From assembly GCA_051656605.1 (NCBI GenBank), contig JBOGCF010000043.1, positions 8,366-72,365 of the forward strand: a DNA stretch of 64,000 nucleotides, given 5' to 3'. The stretch is from Tannerellaceae bacterium. GTDB taxonomy: Bacteria; Bacteroidota; Bacteroidia; Bacteroidales; CAMTPD01. A program made the position numbers and the translations under genes. Shown one piece after another: positions 9,023 through 18,582 of this stretch. Each line of letters opens with the position of its first letter. Position 1 is the stretch's first letter. Under the pieces are notes generated by a model. That model was given only the letters and a program-made list of their open reading frames with translations. It searched no databases and was not told where the DNA came from.

Positions 9023-9427
9023 TCATTCATCTTTGAATTCGATGATATCGTGTGAGTTGTCGCAATAAGGCTTGTGTTTTGATGCACCGCAGCGACAAAT
9101 GGCAACAATACCTTCGTTGTCAAATATTTTCTCTTGGTACTTTATCTGAAGTGGACCCTTTACCAACATAGGACCATTATCTTGTATGTCAATATATTTC
9201 ATTTCTGAATATTGTGTAGGCAGAGGATCGCATTGTACATTATAATAATAATGCAATGCTTTGTTAGGACATTTATTTATAACATCAATGATCTGTTTAG
9301 TCGATCCTATGAGTGGATTTTCCCACTTCATCATTCCCGACCAGCATACACCGGCATGCTTGCATTTATCAGCACTCCATACTATTGTAATTTCCCCGTT
9401 GGAATATTGTTTTGTTCCGGATCTCAT
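9023..9427 (-). CDS. iron-sulfur protein with a divergent 4Fe-4S-like N-terminal domain and a CDGSH-type domain
   Basis: N-terminal ITIVWSADKCKHAGVCWSG, and C-terminal CRCGASKHKPYCDNSH (CDGSH motif C-x-C-x2-S-x5-P-x-C-D-x-S-H). Confidence 0.7.
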   Translation of the reverse strand: MRSGTKQYSNGEITIVWSADKCKHAGVCWSGMMKWENPLIGSTKQIIDVINKCPNKALHYYYNVQCDPLPTQYSEMKYIDIQDNGPMLVKGPLQIKYQEKIFDNEGIVAICRCGASKHKPYCDNSHDIIEFKDE

Positions 9428-9611
9428 ATAGTCCTGATATTAAGAATTCTACGTTTAAGATATAAACAAGAAAAGGATTCTACATGTTTAGACTTTGTTT
9501 GAAATAGTTTACGGTTGTTTAAATTTAATATAGGGAAATAAAAAAGCATCGAAACCAAGGCTTCGATGCTTTCTTGAGTATAAGTGATGTTTGTTAATTC
9601 TATCTAGAAAA

Positions 9612-11765
9612 TTAGTTGTTTGTAATTTTCAAAGTTTGGATCCAAAGAGCACTGCCTGGAGCACCTTCAAATTGATCTCCTTTTGCACTTGACGAGCAAA
9701 CAATCGCTAGTTTATATAATTTGCTAGCGTCATAAACTCCGGTGTATGTAAAGTCAACTGTTACATCTTGGAAGTTTGCTTGTGCAGCTCCATTTGCTAA
9801 TTTTGCAATTGCGATTACTTTGTTAGATGTATTAATATCTACACCTGTAAGAGACTCTGTGAAATCCTTTACTTCATACAAGTAAGCAGCAATTGAGCAT
9901 TCGTCTGTCACACCAGGCACTTCTACGCCAGAAACTTTAGGGTTTTTAGGATCAGTATTATCCACAACCGTTTTCATGTATGTAGGCCCCGGAGTGTATT
10001 TATAGTTAAAGGTAAATGAAGCTGGTTTAGCAGCATAAGGTTTACCAAACTTAGTACTTTTCAATGTGTTCATGATGTCTACTTCAAAAGAACCATTAAA
10101 CATTGTACCGGCTGTTACCGCAGGAATTACAGTAAACATAAATGCACCTTTAGTATCAATTGTATTGATTTTAGCAGCTGTGCCATCTTTTTGAACAGCA
10201 AATACATCCGCAGGAACCATACCGAAAGCTTTCAAGAAAGAAAGAGCAGGATTTGAAGAAGCAAGTCCGAATGGATCTTCAAAATCGTTATCTGGATTTG
10301 GTTTAGCCCATGCATCAGCAAGGTTAAAAGACATGTTAGTTGCAATAGGAGAAGTGAAGATTTTGTAAGTTGTGCTATAGCGTACGTCTTCCGATTGGAT
10401 AGTGTATGCAAGATATGAGTCACCTGTGATGTTTGCAAAATCTACAGGAGCATTAAGATCTGTAATTACGGTAGTATCTTTCGTTGCAGCATTTACCCAA
10501 AAAGCTTTAGATACATATGCATTTGCATCCTCCGGAGTCACGGTAACAACACTGTTTAGATCTGTTGCATTATCAGCTACATAATAAGTATAGTTAATTC
10601 CTTTTTTTACAGGAGAAAGAAATGCCGGATTAGCAAGAGTGAAAGATGCGTTTCTGTTTGATGATTCGGTTACAATACCGCCACCAAATGCAACGTTCAC
10701 AGTAAGTGGCGTCGCATCAACAACCAAGTTGATCTTCAAAGAATCTCCTTCGATCGTACCTTCGAAGTCAACGCCTAGATCAGGCATAGGACCTACGCTG
10801 ATTCTACGACCTTTTTCTGCGAAGTAAATAGCTTCACCTTTTTGTACACACTTTACAGTATCAAGGTTGATATCACCAAGCACCATATCATCAAAGCTAA
10901 AGTTCGAGATTTGTAATTTGATGAAATTATCTTTTCTGTTTTTAGGAGTAGCAGTATAGATGCGTTGTTCGTTTTTTACTGGACCTAGGCCCACAACATC
11001 AACAATCATATCACCTTTGAAGATTTTGTTGTAGTAAGGTTTTGCGTTAGCATCTTCAAGATCAGTAGATGTGATATCAATTGTAAGCTTTTGGCCTTCA
11101 ACGCTACCCGAGATATTTACAGTCAGGTTTTGGTCAACAAGTGTTTTAGAACCTTTGAATGTTTTTACAAACCCTTTTGTTGTAATATCATACTCAGCAT
11201 CAATATTCAATGAGTCAATACCAGGTATCGCTTTAACAAGCGTCACCATCATATCGTCAGCAGCTGTTTGCACGATAACGGTTGATGTGTCAGAAACGCT
11301 TCCGTTAATTTTAGCTACAAGATTAGCTCCTTCATATTTTTCTTTTGTGATTTTTGCAATCTCAACTTCTGCATTCATCAAGCCGTTAAGCACGTTTGCA
11401 TCAAGTTCGATCATCATGCCAATTGCATTATCGAAGATATTGCCATCTAGTTCTGCAGAATTGTTTCCTGAATTTACTTTGAATTTTACATCAGAGATGT
11501 CATAGATAGGATAGCCGGCAACAATGTCATTAAGGGTTACAGTTGCAGTACTGTCTGTCAATCGTTTCACAGTGATTGAAGAGGCAGATTCAAATGGAGT
11601 CTTTTTGCCGTCTACTTCTACATTTCCGGTTAGCTTGTCACCTTTGTAGGTGCCTTCGATCGAAGTCGTAGTTGGAGGTGTTACTGGTTTGTCATCGTCG
11701 CTACATGACACCAATGCTACGGTACTACAAAGAAGTACCATTAGAGAGGTAAAACACTTTTTCAT
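9612..11765 (-). CDS. large surface lipoprotein, possibly glycan-binding (PCMD-like C-terminal region)
   Basis: Lipoprotein signal LLCSTVALVSC/SDDDK. 717 aa of beta-rich T/V/N/D sequence. The domain call is tentative. Confidence 0.4.
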   Translation of the reverse strand: MKKCFTSLMVLLCSTVALVSCSDDDKPVTPPTTTSIEGTYKGDKLTGNVEVDGKKTPFESASSITVKRLTDSTATVTLNDIVAGYPIYDISDVKFKVNSGNNSAELDGNIFDNAIGMMIELDANVLNGLMNAEVEIAKITKEKYEGANLVAKINGSVSDTSTVIVQTAADDMMVTLVKAIPGIDSLNIDAEYDITTKGFVKTFKGSKTLVDQNLTVNISGSVEGQKLTIDITSTDLEDANAKPYYNKIFKGDMIVDVVGLGPVKNEQRIYTATPKNRKDNFIKLQISNFSFDDMVLGDINLDTVKCVQKGEAIYFAEKGRRISVGPMPDLGVDFEGTIEGDSLKINLVVDATPLTVNVAFGGGIVTESSNRNASFTLANPAFLSPVKKGINYTYYVADNATDLNSVVTVTPEDANAYVSKAFWVNAATKDTTVITDLNAPVDFANITGDSYLAYTIQSEDVRYSTTYKIFTSPIATNMSFNLADAWAKPNPDNDFEDPFGLASSNPALSFLKAFGMVPADVFAVQKDGTAAKINTIDTKGAFMFTVIPAVTAGTMFNGSFEVDIMNTLKSTKFGKPYAAKPASFTFNYKYTPGPTYMKTVVDNTDPKNPKVSGVEVPGVTDECSIAAYLYEVKDFTESLTGVDINTSNKVIAIAKLANGAAQANFQDVTVDFTYTGVYDASKLYKLAIVCSSSAKGDQFEGAPGSALWIQTLKITNN

Positions 11766-12098
11766 GTTAATGTATTATTGTTAAACTTCAAATAAAACGG
11801 GGCAAAGATGATAAATGAATTTGAATGAGCAAAAGAAAAAAGATTAAAATTTGGCTATTAAATGTTTATTTACTTGTATATGTTGCGGATTTTTCTAATA
11901 TAAATCTTTGGATAAACGTCCTATTGAAAGCACTTTCGAGGTGGTTTGATCTCTTCTTCTTGGTTGGTTATATTTTATAAATAAACAATCCCTATTTAGA
12001 AACAATAACGTATTATTATACATTTCTAAATAAGGATTTGTGAAAAATAAGACCTTCAATCAGATTAATGATCTTAAAATATTGTTTCAGTAACCCGA

Positions 12099-15000
12099 TT
12101 ATTCGCTGAGCATCTCGTCAAGGATAGCACAAGCAGTCTCTACCGTAGTTACCGGTTTTATTTGTATCGTATGCTTTCCGTTGTGTTCTTTAAAGTGGCA
12201 CAACTTCGGATGCGACTGCACGTAGTTGAGGATCTTCGTAAAGGCGGCACTTTGGAAGTATGGAGACTCCATATTGCTGATAAAGTGAATCGACATACGA
12301 TTGTTTTTGAGCACCAGCTTCTCGATACCCAAGCTTCGAGCCATGCGGCGCAGCCTTACAATGCGGATCAACTCCTTACCCTCTTGCGGAATCTTACCAA
12401 AGCGGTCTTCCAGTCTGCTCACAAATGCCTGAATATCGCGTTCCTCCACCATATTGTCGAGCTCACGGTAGAGTAATACTCGTTCGGAGTCACTTGGGAT
12501 ATAGGTAGGAGCAAACATCAATTCCAGATCACTCTCTACAAACGTTTCCGAAACATAGTGTTCTCCGTTGTCAGTATCTGCACCCGGATCCTCTTGGTAC
12601 AAGTCGGCAAACTCATCATTCTTCAACTCCTGTACAGCCTCGGCCAAGATCTTCTGATACGTTTCGTAACCAAGATCGGCAATAAAGCCACTCTGCTCGG
12701 CACCCAGCATATTACCCGCCCCACGTATGTCAAGGTCTTGCATCGAAATATGAATACCGCTACCCAGTTCCGAAAAACTCTCGATCGCCTGCAACCTGCG
12801 TCGCGATTCCTGACTCAGCATGTGTAGCGGAGGAGCCAGCAAGTAACAGAATGCTTTCCGGTTGCTACGTCCCACGCGACCACGCAACTGGTGCAAGTCG
12901 CTCAACCCAAACTGATGCGCATTGTTTACGATGATCGTATTGGCATTCGGGATATCGATACCCGACTCAATGATACTCGTAGCGATCAGTACATCGTATT
13001 CATAATTGACAAAGTCGAGAATAATCTGTTCCAGCTTTTGCGGTTCCATCTGTCCGTGACCCACAACCACGCGAGCATCCGGAACTTCACGCTTGATCAA
13101 AGCCTCCAGCTCATAAATATTCTGTATGCGATTGTTTACAAGAAACACCTGTCCGTTACGGCTCATCTCAAAGTTGATTGCTTCTCTGATAATCTCCTCG
13201 TTGAAACGATGCACCTCGGTTTGTACCGGGTATCGATTGGGAGGAGGAGTGGAGATGGTAGATAAGTCACGCGCACCCATCAGCGAGAACTGCAACGTAC
13301 GCGGAATCGGAGTAGCCGTCATTGTCAGCGTATCCACATTCACCTTCATCTGTTTCAGCTTCTCTTTGGTCGATACCCCAAACTTCTGTTCTTCGTCGAT
13401 AATGAACAATCCCAGATCCTTGAATTGAATATCCTTGCTGGCAATACGATGCGTACCCACCAAGATATCAATCTCACCATCCTTCAAGCGCTTCAAAATC
13501 TCCTTCACTTCCGAAGCCTTACGAGCACGGCTAATATAATCTACCGTACAAGGAAAATCCTTGAGTCGTTCTTTAAATGTCTGAAAATGCTGATAAGCAA
13601 GTACCGTAGTCGGTACCAACACAGCCACCTGCTTGTTGTCGGCCACAGCCTTAAAAGCAGCACGAATGGCAATCTCGGTCTTTCCGAATCCCACATCACC
13701 ACACACCAGGCGGTCCATAGGTCGGTCGCTCTCCATATCTTGCTTCACATCAGCCGTCACCTTCATTTGATCAGGAGTATCTTCGTAGATAAACGAAGCC
13801 TCGAGTTCGGTTTGTAAGTAGCTATCCGGACTATAGGCAAATCCCTTTTCGTCCTTGCGTTTCGAGTAGAGTAAAATCAAGTCGCGAGCAATATCCTTCA
13901 CCTTCTTCTTGGTGCGCTCCTTCATCTTCTCCCAAGCACCCGTGCCCAGCTTGTTCAGCTTCGGAGGATCACCCTCTTTGCCCTTGTACTTCGAAAGCTT
14001 GTGGAGCGAGTGGATACTCACAAAAATAATATCATCGTTGAGGAATGTCAATTTAATAGCCTCCTGTATGCGACCGTTCACTTCGGTACGCACCAATCCG
14101 CCAAACTTACCGATACCGTGATCAATGTGCACGATATAGTCGCCCGGAGTAAATTGATTCAACTCCTTGAGCGAAAGCGAAATCTTACCCGACCGAGCCT
14201 GGTCCGACTTCAGACTATACTTGTGGTAACGGTCAAAGATCTGGTGATCCGTAAAGAAACAAGCCTTGAGTGTATTATCCGTATACCCCTCGTGTATGGT
14301 TTTAATTACGGCCGTAAAGTTTATGTTATCTTTTCTATCGTCAAAAATTGTCTTCAAACGAGTAGCCTGCTTTTCGGCATCGGTGAGGAAGTATATCGAG
14401 TAGCCCTTCTCCATAAAGTCACGGATCGACTCAGCCACCAAATCAAAGTTCTTATGAAACAAAGGCTGAGGCATCGTACTGAATTCAATCGTGGCCGTAG
14501 GTTCGCCCAGAGCTTTCGGGCCAAACTGAATGCGAGTGAAATTGAGCAGTTCACGTACAAACTGATCCTGGTCGATCAACTTCTTGCGCATCTTCTCCAC
14601 ACTATCAAAACTCTCCTCGTCGGCAATCACCGGTTGGTCGTTGTAGATCCCGTAGATACGTTCGCGAGCCCATTCCAAGTCCTTACCCGCAATACGAGTT
14701 GTAGCAGGCAGGAAGCTCATCATCGAAGCACTATCCAGCCCCGATCTACTCACTTCCGGTACAATATATATACTCGAAAGCTTCTCTTTCGAAAGCTGCG
14801 TTTCAACGTCAAACGTACGGATTGTCTCCACCTCGTCTCCAAAGAAATCGATACGATACGGAAACTCATGCGAAAACGAAAACACATCGAGAATACTACC
14901 ACGCACCGAGTATTGTCCCGGTTCGTATACATAATCTACACGTTCAAAGCCATATTGATCGAGCACATCAGCCACAAACATATTATCGATCTTCTCATCT

Positions 15001-15446
15001 ACGCTAATCTTCAGCGTATTCTCCTTGAGCGTCTCTTTCGAAACCACCCGTTCGGCAAGCGCATCGGGATACGTCACAATCACAAACCTCTTTGGAGGAG
15101 ACTGCAAAAAGCTCAGCACCTCGGTACGAAGAATCTCGTTTGCCGGGTCGATATGTCCATATTTGATAGCTCTGCGGTAAGCCGAAGGGAAGAAAAACAC
15201 ATGCTCACCACCTGTTATTTGCATTACATCGTTGTAAAAATAGCCCGCTTCTTCGAGGTCGGAAAGAATACAAACAAGCTGCTCATCACCTTCTTTAAAA
15301 GCAGAAGAAAGCACCATTGCCGCCGCCGAACCCTGCAAGCCCTTTAGCGCAATATTGTCCGATTGCTTCGGGCTAGAAAGAAGCTTAGTCAATGCCGTCA
15401 TCCCCGGATGTCGGTCATATAAATGTCGTATTTCAGATAAGTTCAA
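12099..15446 (-). CDS. mfd: transcription-repair coupling factor Mfd
   Basis: 1115 aa. Superfamily-2 helicase motifs are present: GDVGFGKTE, IIDEEQKFGV, TATPIPRTL and QLRGRVGRS, together with a CarD-like segment (YIVHIDHGIGKFGG). Confidence 0.97.
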   Translation of the reverse strand: MNLSEIRHLYDRHPGMTALTKLLSSPKQSDNIALKGLQGSAAAMVLSSAFKEGDEQLVCILSDLEEAGYFYNDVMQITGGEHVFFFPSAYRRAIKYGHIDPANEILRTEVLSFLQSPPKRFVIVTYPDALAERVVSKETLKENTLKISVDEKIDNMFVADVLDQYGFERVDYVYEPGQYSVRGSILDVFSFSHEFPYRIDFFGDEVETIRTFDVETQLSKEKLSSIYIVPEVSRSGLDSASMMSFLPATTRIAGKDLEWARERIYGIYNDQPVIADEESFDSVEKMRKKLIDQDQFVRELLNFTRIQFGPKALGEPTATIEFSTMPQPLFHKNFDLVAESIRDFMEKGYSIYFLTDAEKQATRLKTIFDDRKDNINFTAVIKTIHEGYTDNTLKACFFTDHQIFDRYHKYSLKSDQARSGKISLSLKELNQFTPGDYIVHIDHGIGKFGGLVRTEVNGRIQEAIKLTFLNDDIIFVSIHSLHKLSKYKGKEGDPPKLNKLGTGAWEKMKERTKKKVKDIARDLILLYSKRKDEKGFAYSPDSYLQTELEASFIYEDTPDQMKVTADVKQDMESDRPMDRLVCGDVGFGKTEIAIRAAFKAVADNKQVAVLVPTTVLAYQHFQTFKERLKDFPCTVDYISRARKASEVKEILKRLKDGEIDILVGTHRIASKDIQFKDLGLFIIDEEQKFGVSTKEKLKQMKVNVDTLTMTATPIPRTLQFSLMGARDLSTISTPPPNRYPVQTEVHRFNEEIIREAINFEMSRNGQVFLVNNRIQNIYELEALIKREVPDARVVVGHGQMEPQKLEQIILDFVNYEYDVLIATSIIESGIDIPNANTIIVNNAHQFGLSDLHQLRGRVGRSNRKAFCYLLAPPLHMLSQESRRRLQAIESFSELGSGIHISMQDLDIRGAGNMLGAEQSGFIADLGYETYQKILAEAVQELKNDEFADLYQEDPGADTDNGEHYVSETFVESDLELMFAPTYIPSDSERVLLYRELDNMVEERDIQAFVSRLEDRFGKIPQEGKELIRIVRLRRMARSLGIEKLVLKNNRMSIHFISNMESPYFQSAAFTKILNYVQSHPKLCHFKEHNGKHTIQIKPVTTVETACAILDEMLSE

Positions 15447-15573
15447 AACGTACTAGTTTAGATACGGATCAAAGGTAAAAAAATAAGATAAGAATATATA
15501 ACTAAGTTTTGGCAACCTTTTCTATCCCCAAAACCTTTTTACATAACAAATCAAATTCAAAAAAGACGGATGT

Positions 15574-16839
15574 ATGAAACTATTTTTACTCATGTTATTT
15601 ATAGTTTTAAGTGTAGGGGTAAGATCACAAAGCCCCGACTTTAAAGTAATGCACAACCTCACAGCCGAGAATTACTTTAAAGCCCTAGACCTGTTCAATC
15701 ACTATCAAGATAGCATGTCTGATAAGAATAGACTAATGGCTCACACCTTTTTATATTCCTATTTCTTTCAGCCCGAGAAAGCCATTCTCACAGCAGATAC
15801 ACTTTTTATGCGATACAAATCGTCGCTCAATAATACCCTCTACATCGTATTTGCCACTCTTACAGCCGAAAACTATGCCTATGTGCAAGACTATGCAAAA
15901 GCCGAAGCCATCATGTCTGAGCTCACCAATCCCGAAGGCTACATTATGTCGCATGCCGCTCGCGAAAGCTACGAAGCCCTGCAAATTCAATATGCAGCCT
16001 TGAAAAACAATCCGCCACTTCAGATCGTAAGACCCGATCAAGCCACAACATTGCCCCTAATGGGAGCTACACGTACACACCTTCGCATTCCGGTACGTAT
16101 CAACCATCAGACCAAAATCATGATGCTCGATACCGGAGCAGCACGTAATGTGATCACTCAAAAAGAGGCAAAAGCACTTAATGCCCGTATCATATCCGAG
16201 CCTGTTATTATATCCGGTTACGGAGGTAGAGTAAAAGGACAGCTGGCCATGATTGAAGAGCTCGTACTTGGCGATATAACCATAACAAACGTCCCCTTTA
16301 TCGTAATCCCCGACAACAATTATATCTCCGAATATGCCGATGGGATCCTTGGGTTGTCACTCATCAGCCGGCTCAAAGAAATACACATCTCAGCCTCCGA
16401 AGGCAAAGTCGTATTTCTGGTACAACCAGCCCATTATCCAATCAAAAACAACTTGTTTATTAAGAAAGGATCCATGTTTGTCCTATCCAATATAGCCACC
16501 GACTCGCTCACATTCTTCTTCGATTCAGGCTTCAATAACTTCTTCCTCAATCAGTCCTATTACCTCAAAGAGCGAAGTTATATAGACCGAGTAGGCAGTA
16601 AAATCCAGCTCGAGACCCGAGGAGTAGGAGGTACAGAGCGAAGCTATGCCTATGAGATTCCATTCTACGACCTCACCGTGGGAACAGGCGAAGTCTCCCT
16701 TATTCACGTAAGCGTATTACCTACGAGCGACGGACTTGCCATAGCCAACAACTATGGCAGTATCGGCCTCTCTGCCATCAATCGCTTCAAATGGATACAA
16801 ATCAGCTTCGAGACCTGCTCCATCAATGCGATACCCTAG
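15574..16839 (+). CDS. secreted retropepsin-like aspartic protease (two-lobed)
   Basis: Signal peptide. MLDTGAARNVIT (D-T-G active-site motif) and a second FFFDSGFNNFF lobe. Confidence 0.65.
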   Translation: MKLFLLMLFIVLSVGVRSQSPDFKVMHNLTAENYFKALDLFNHYQDSMSDKNRLMAHTFLYSYFFQPEKAILTADTLFMRYKSSLNNTLYIVFATLTAENYAYVQDYAKAEAIMSELTNPEGYIMSHAARESYEALQIQYAALKNNPPLQIVRPDQATTLPLMGATRTHLRIPVRINHQTKIMMLDTGAARNVITQKEAKALNARIISEPVIISGYGGRVKGQLAMIEELVLGDITITNVPFIVIPDNNYISEYADGILGLSLISRLKEIHISASEGKVVFLVQPAHYPIKNNLFIKKGSMFVLSNIATDSLTFFFDSGFNNFFLNQSYYLKERSYIDRVGSKIQLETRGVGGTERSYAYEIPFYDLTVGTGEVSLIHVSVLPTSDGLAIANNYGSIGLSAINRFKWIQISFETCSINAIP

Positions 16840-16885
16840 CTAGTTGATGTTGTAAGCTTCCGATTAACTAAATATTGATATAAAA

Positions 16886-16928
16886 AAGGCTATCATACGT
16901 TTGATAATCTCATTCGTATGATAGCCTT
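16886..16928. terminator. bidirectional rho-independent terminator
   Basis: 14-bp perfect stem AAGGCTATCATACG / CGTATGATAGCCTT between convergent genes. Confidence 0.7.
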
Positions 16929-16932
16929 CGTA

Positions 16933-18333
16933 TTATTTCACGTGTACTTGAAACTGGCTGATCAAAGGCGTACCCACCGAAGTAGTAATTTTCGCTTTAA
17001 GTTTGCTAAATACATTTGGTACATCAATCACATCAATCTTTCTTTTACCTACCGAAGTGCCGGCAGCAATCGGAATCCATTGTTTCGTGTCTACATCATA
17101 CCCTTCGATTTCGTAAGCTCTTACACGTTGGCCATACTGATATGCCTCACTCAAGTCGGTATATCCGATTGCCGAAGGCTTATCAAGTTCCAGAATCACC
17201 TCGTTTGACGGCATCTTTGTAACCGTAGCAAGCGGACTTCCAAAGCGGCGCTCAATTTCCGCACCAAACTCTGCATAGCGCTTCATATCATCCGGATGAA
17301 CCGATCCGTCAGGCATCGGAGCACAGTTTAAGATCAAGAAACTATTTCTACCCACCGATTTAATGTAGCAATCCATCAACTCATCAACCGACTTTCTGTT
17401 TTCAAGAGCCGAAGGACGCATGTGCCAACAACCGTGGTGCAACTGTGTATCTGCTTCGTGCGGAGCCCAGAAATCACCGTCGGGATTGTCGGTACCCTGC
17501 TTTTGATTTCCATCTGCTTCAAACTGAGTTGTACAAGGAATGCTCATTTGTTCTTTTGTTGTAACCGACCAGCACGGATCACTCACCGTACCTGTTTCAG
17601 TACCCGGCCAGCGAATCGACGGATACGGATCGTGACAACCTACAGCAGCCACCACCGCACGCGGAGCACGCTCTGCGATCTCTTTTCCAATTTTCGCATG
17701 AATAGGTTGATCAATCCAAATCTCCGTAACCAAGTCAGAACCCAAACGATCCATGATTTCATGGAATCTGGTTTTCAACATCTCATTCGACTCTTCACGC
17801 GTTGTCACTTTATCCAATTTCGAATAATCTACCGTATTTGGCGTGTCACCCTCTTCAGCTGGGTGCGGAGCCCACAAGTAGAATCCGGCATTCAGTCCGT
17901 TGTCGCGACAAGCCTGAGCAAACTCCTTCACCACATCACCGTTTCCACCCTTATAAGGCGTATTCCCGATATGATAATTCGTAGTCGAAGAAGGCCACAT
18001 ACAAAAACCACCACTATGCGCAAGCATAAATACAATCTCCTTCGCACCAAAAGCCTTCGCAGCCTGACACCATTGGTTTACATCAAGGTTTTCGAAGGTA
18101 AGATCAGACATCGGAGTAGATCCATCATCATATTCACGCTCTTGGTGCGTAGCCGGATCTAGTTGAACAAACATAGCCAAGTCTTGTTCTTGCCAGTCAT
18201 ATTGAGCTTGCGAGGGGCGTGCAAGCTTTGCGGCAACAGGTTCATTAATGGCTTTTTCCCAATTAGCATCATTGTTGTTTGCGCACGAGCATAAACACAA
18301 TAAGAGGGAGGATGCGAAAAGTAAATTTCTCAT
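16933..18333 (-). CDS. alpha-L-fucosidase (GH29) with a C-terminal discoidin/F5-8-type-C-like domain
   Basis: Lipoprotein/signal N-terminus. GAKEIVFMLAHSGGFCMWPSSTTNY and ...TEIWIDQP match GH29 core motifs. Confidence 0.85.
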   Translation of the reverse strand: MRNLLFASSLLLCLCSCANNNDANWEKAINEPVAAKLARPSQAQYDWQEQDLAMFVQLDPATHQEREYDDGSTPMSDLTFENLDVNQWCQAAKAFGAKEIVFMLAHSGGFCMWPSSTTNYHIGNTPYKGGNGDVVKEFAQACRDNGLNAGFYLWAPHPAEEGDTPNTVDYSKLDKVTTREESNEMLKTRFHEIMDRLGSDLVTEIWIDQPIHAKIGKEIAERAPRAVVAAVGCHDPYPSIRWPGTETGTVSDPCWSVTTKEQMSIPCTTQFEADGNQKQGTDNPDGDFWAPHEADTQLHHGCWHMRPSALENRKSVDELMDCYIKSVGRNSFLILNCAPMPDGSVHPDDMKRYAEFGAEIERRFGSPLATVTKMPSNEVILELDKPSAIGYTDLSEAYQYGQRVRAYEIEGYDVDTKQWIPIAAGTSVGKRKIDVIDVPNVFSKLKAKITTSVGTPLISQFQVHVK

Positions 18334-18582
18334 TCTTTAGAGTTTTTCAGAAACAACATTTCTTGTTAGGAGAAGGATGTTTGTTTCCATGGTTAGAATT
18401 AAAATAGTAAACCAAATTCCAGATATAATCTATTAAATGTGGTCTAGTGTTTCATGTATTAATGGCGTAAATATAGTAAAAACAATTAAATATTAATCAA
18501 TATGTATAATATTTGATCATTCGAACGATAAATACAATAAGAAGACCTTATCAGAATGTATATAGGTATTTGTTTCTAATGA

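Noticed and set aside
14001-15347. 448-aa ORF antisense to mfd, with several shorter antisense ORFs from 12162 to 14121.
   Set aside because: It lies fully inside the strongly supported mfd gene on the other strand. The product is low-complexity and R/H/L-rich with no motifs, as is typical of a shadow ORF.
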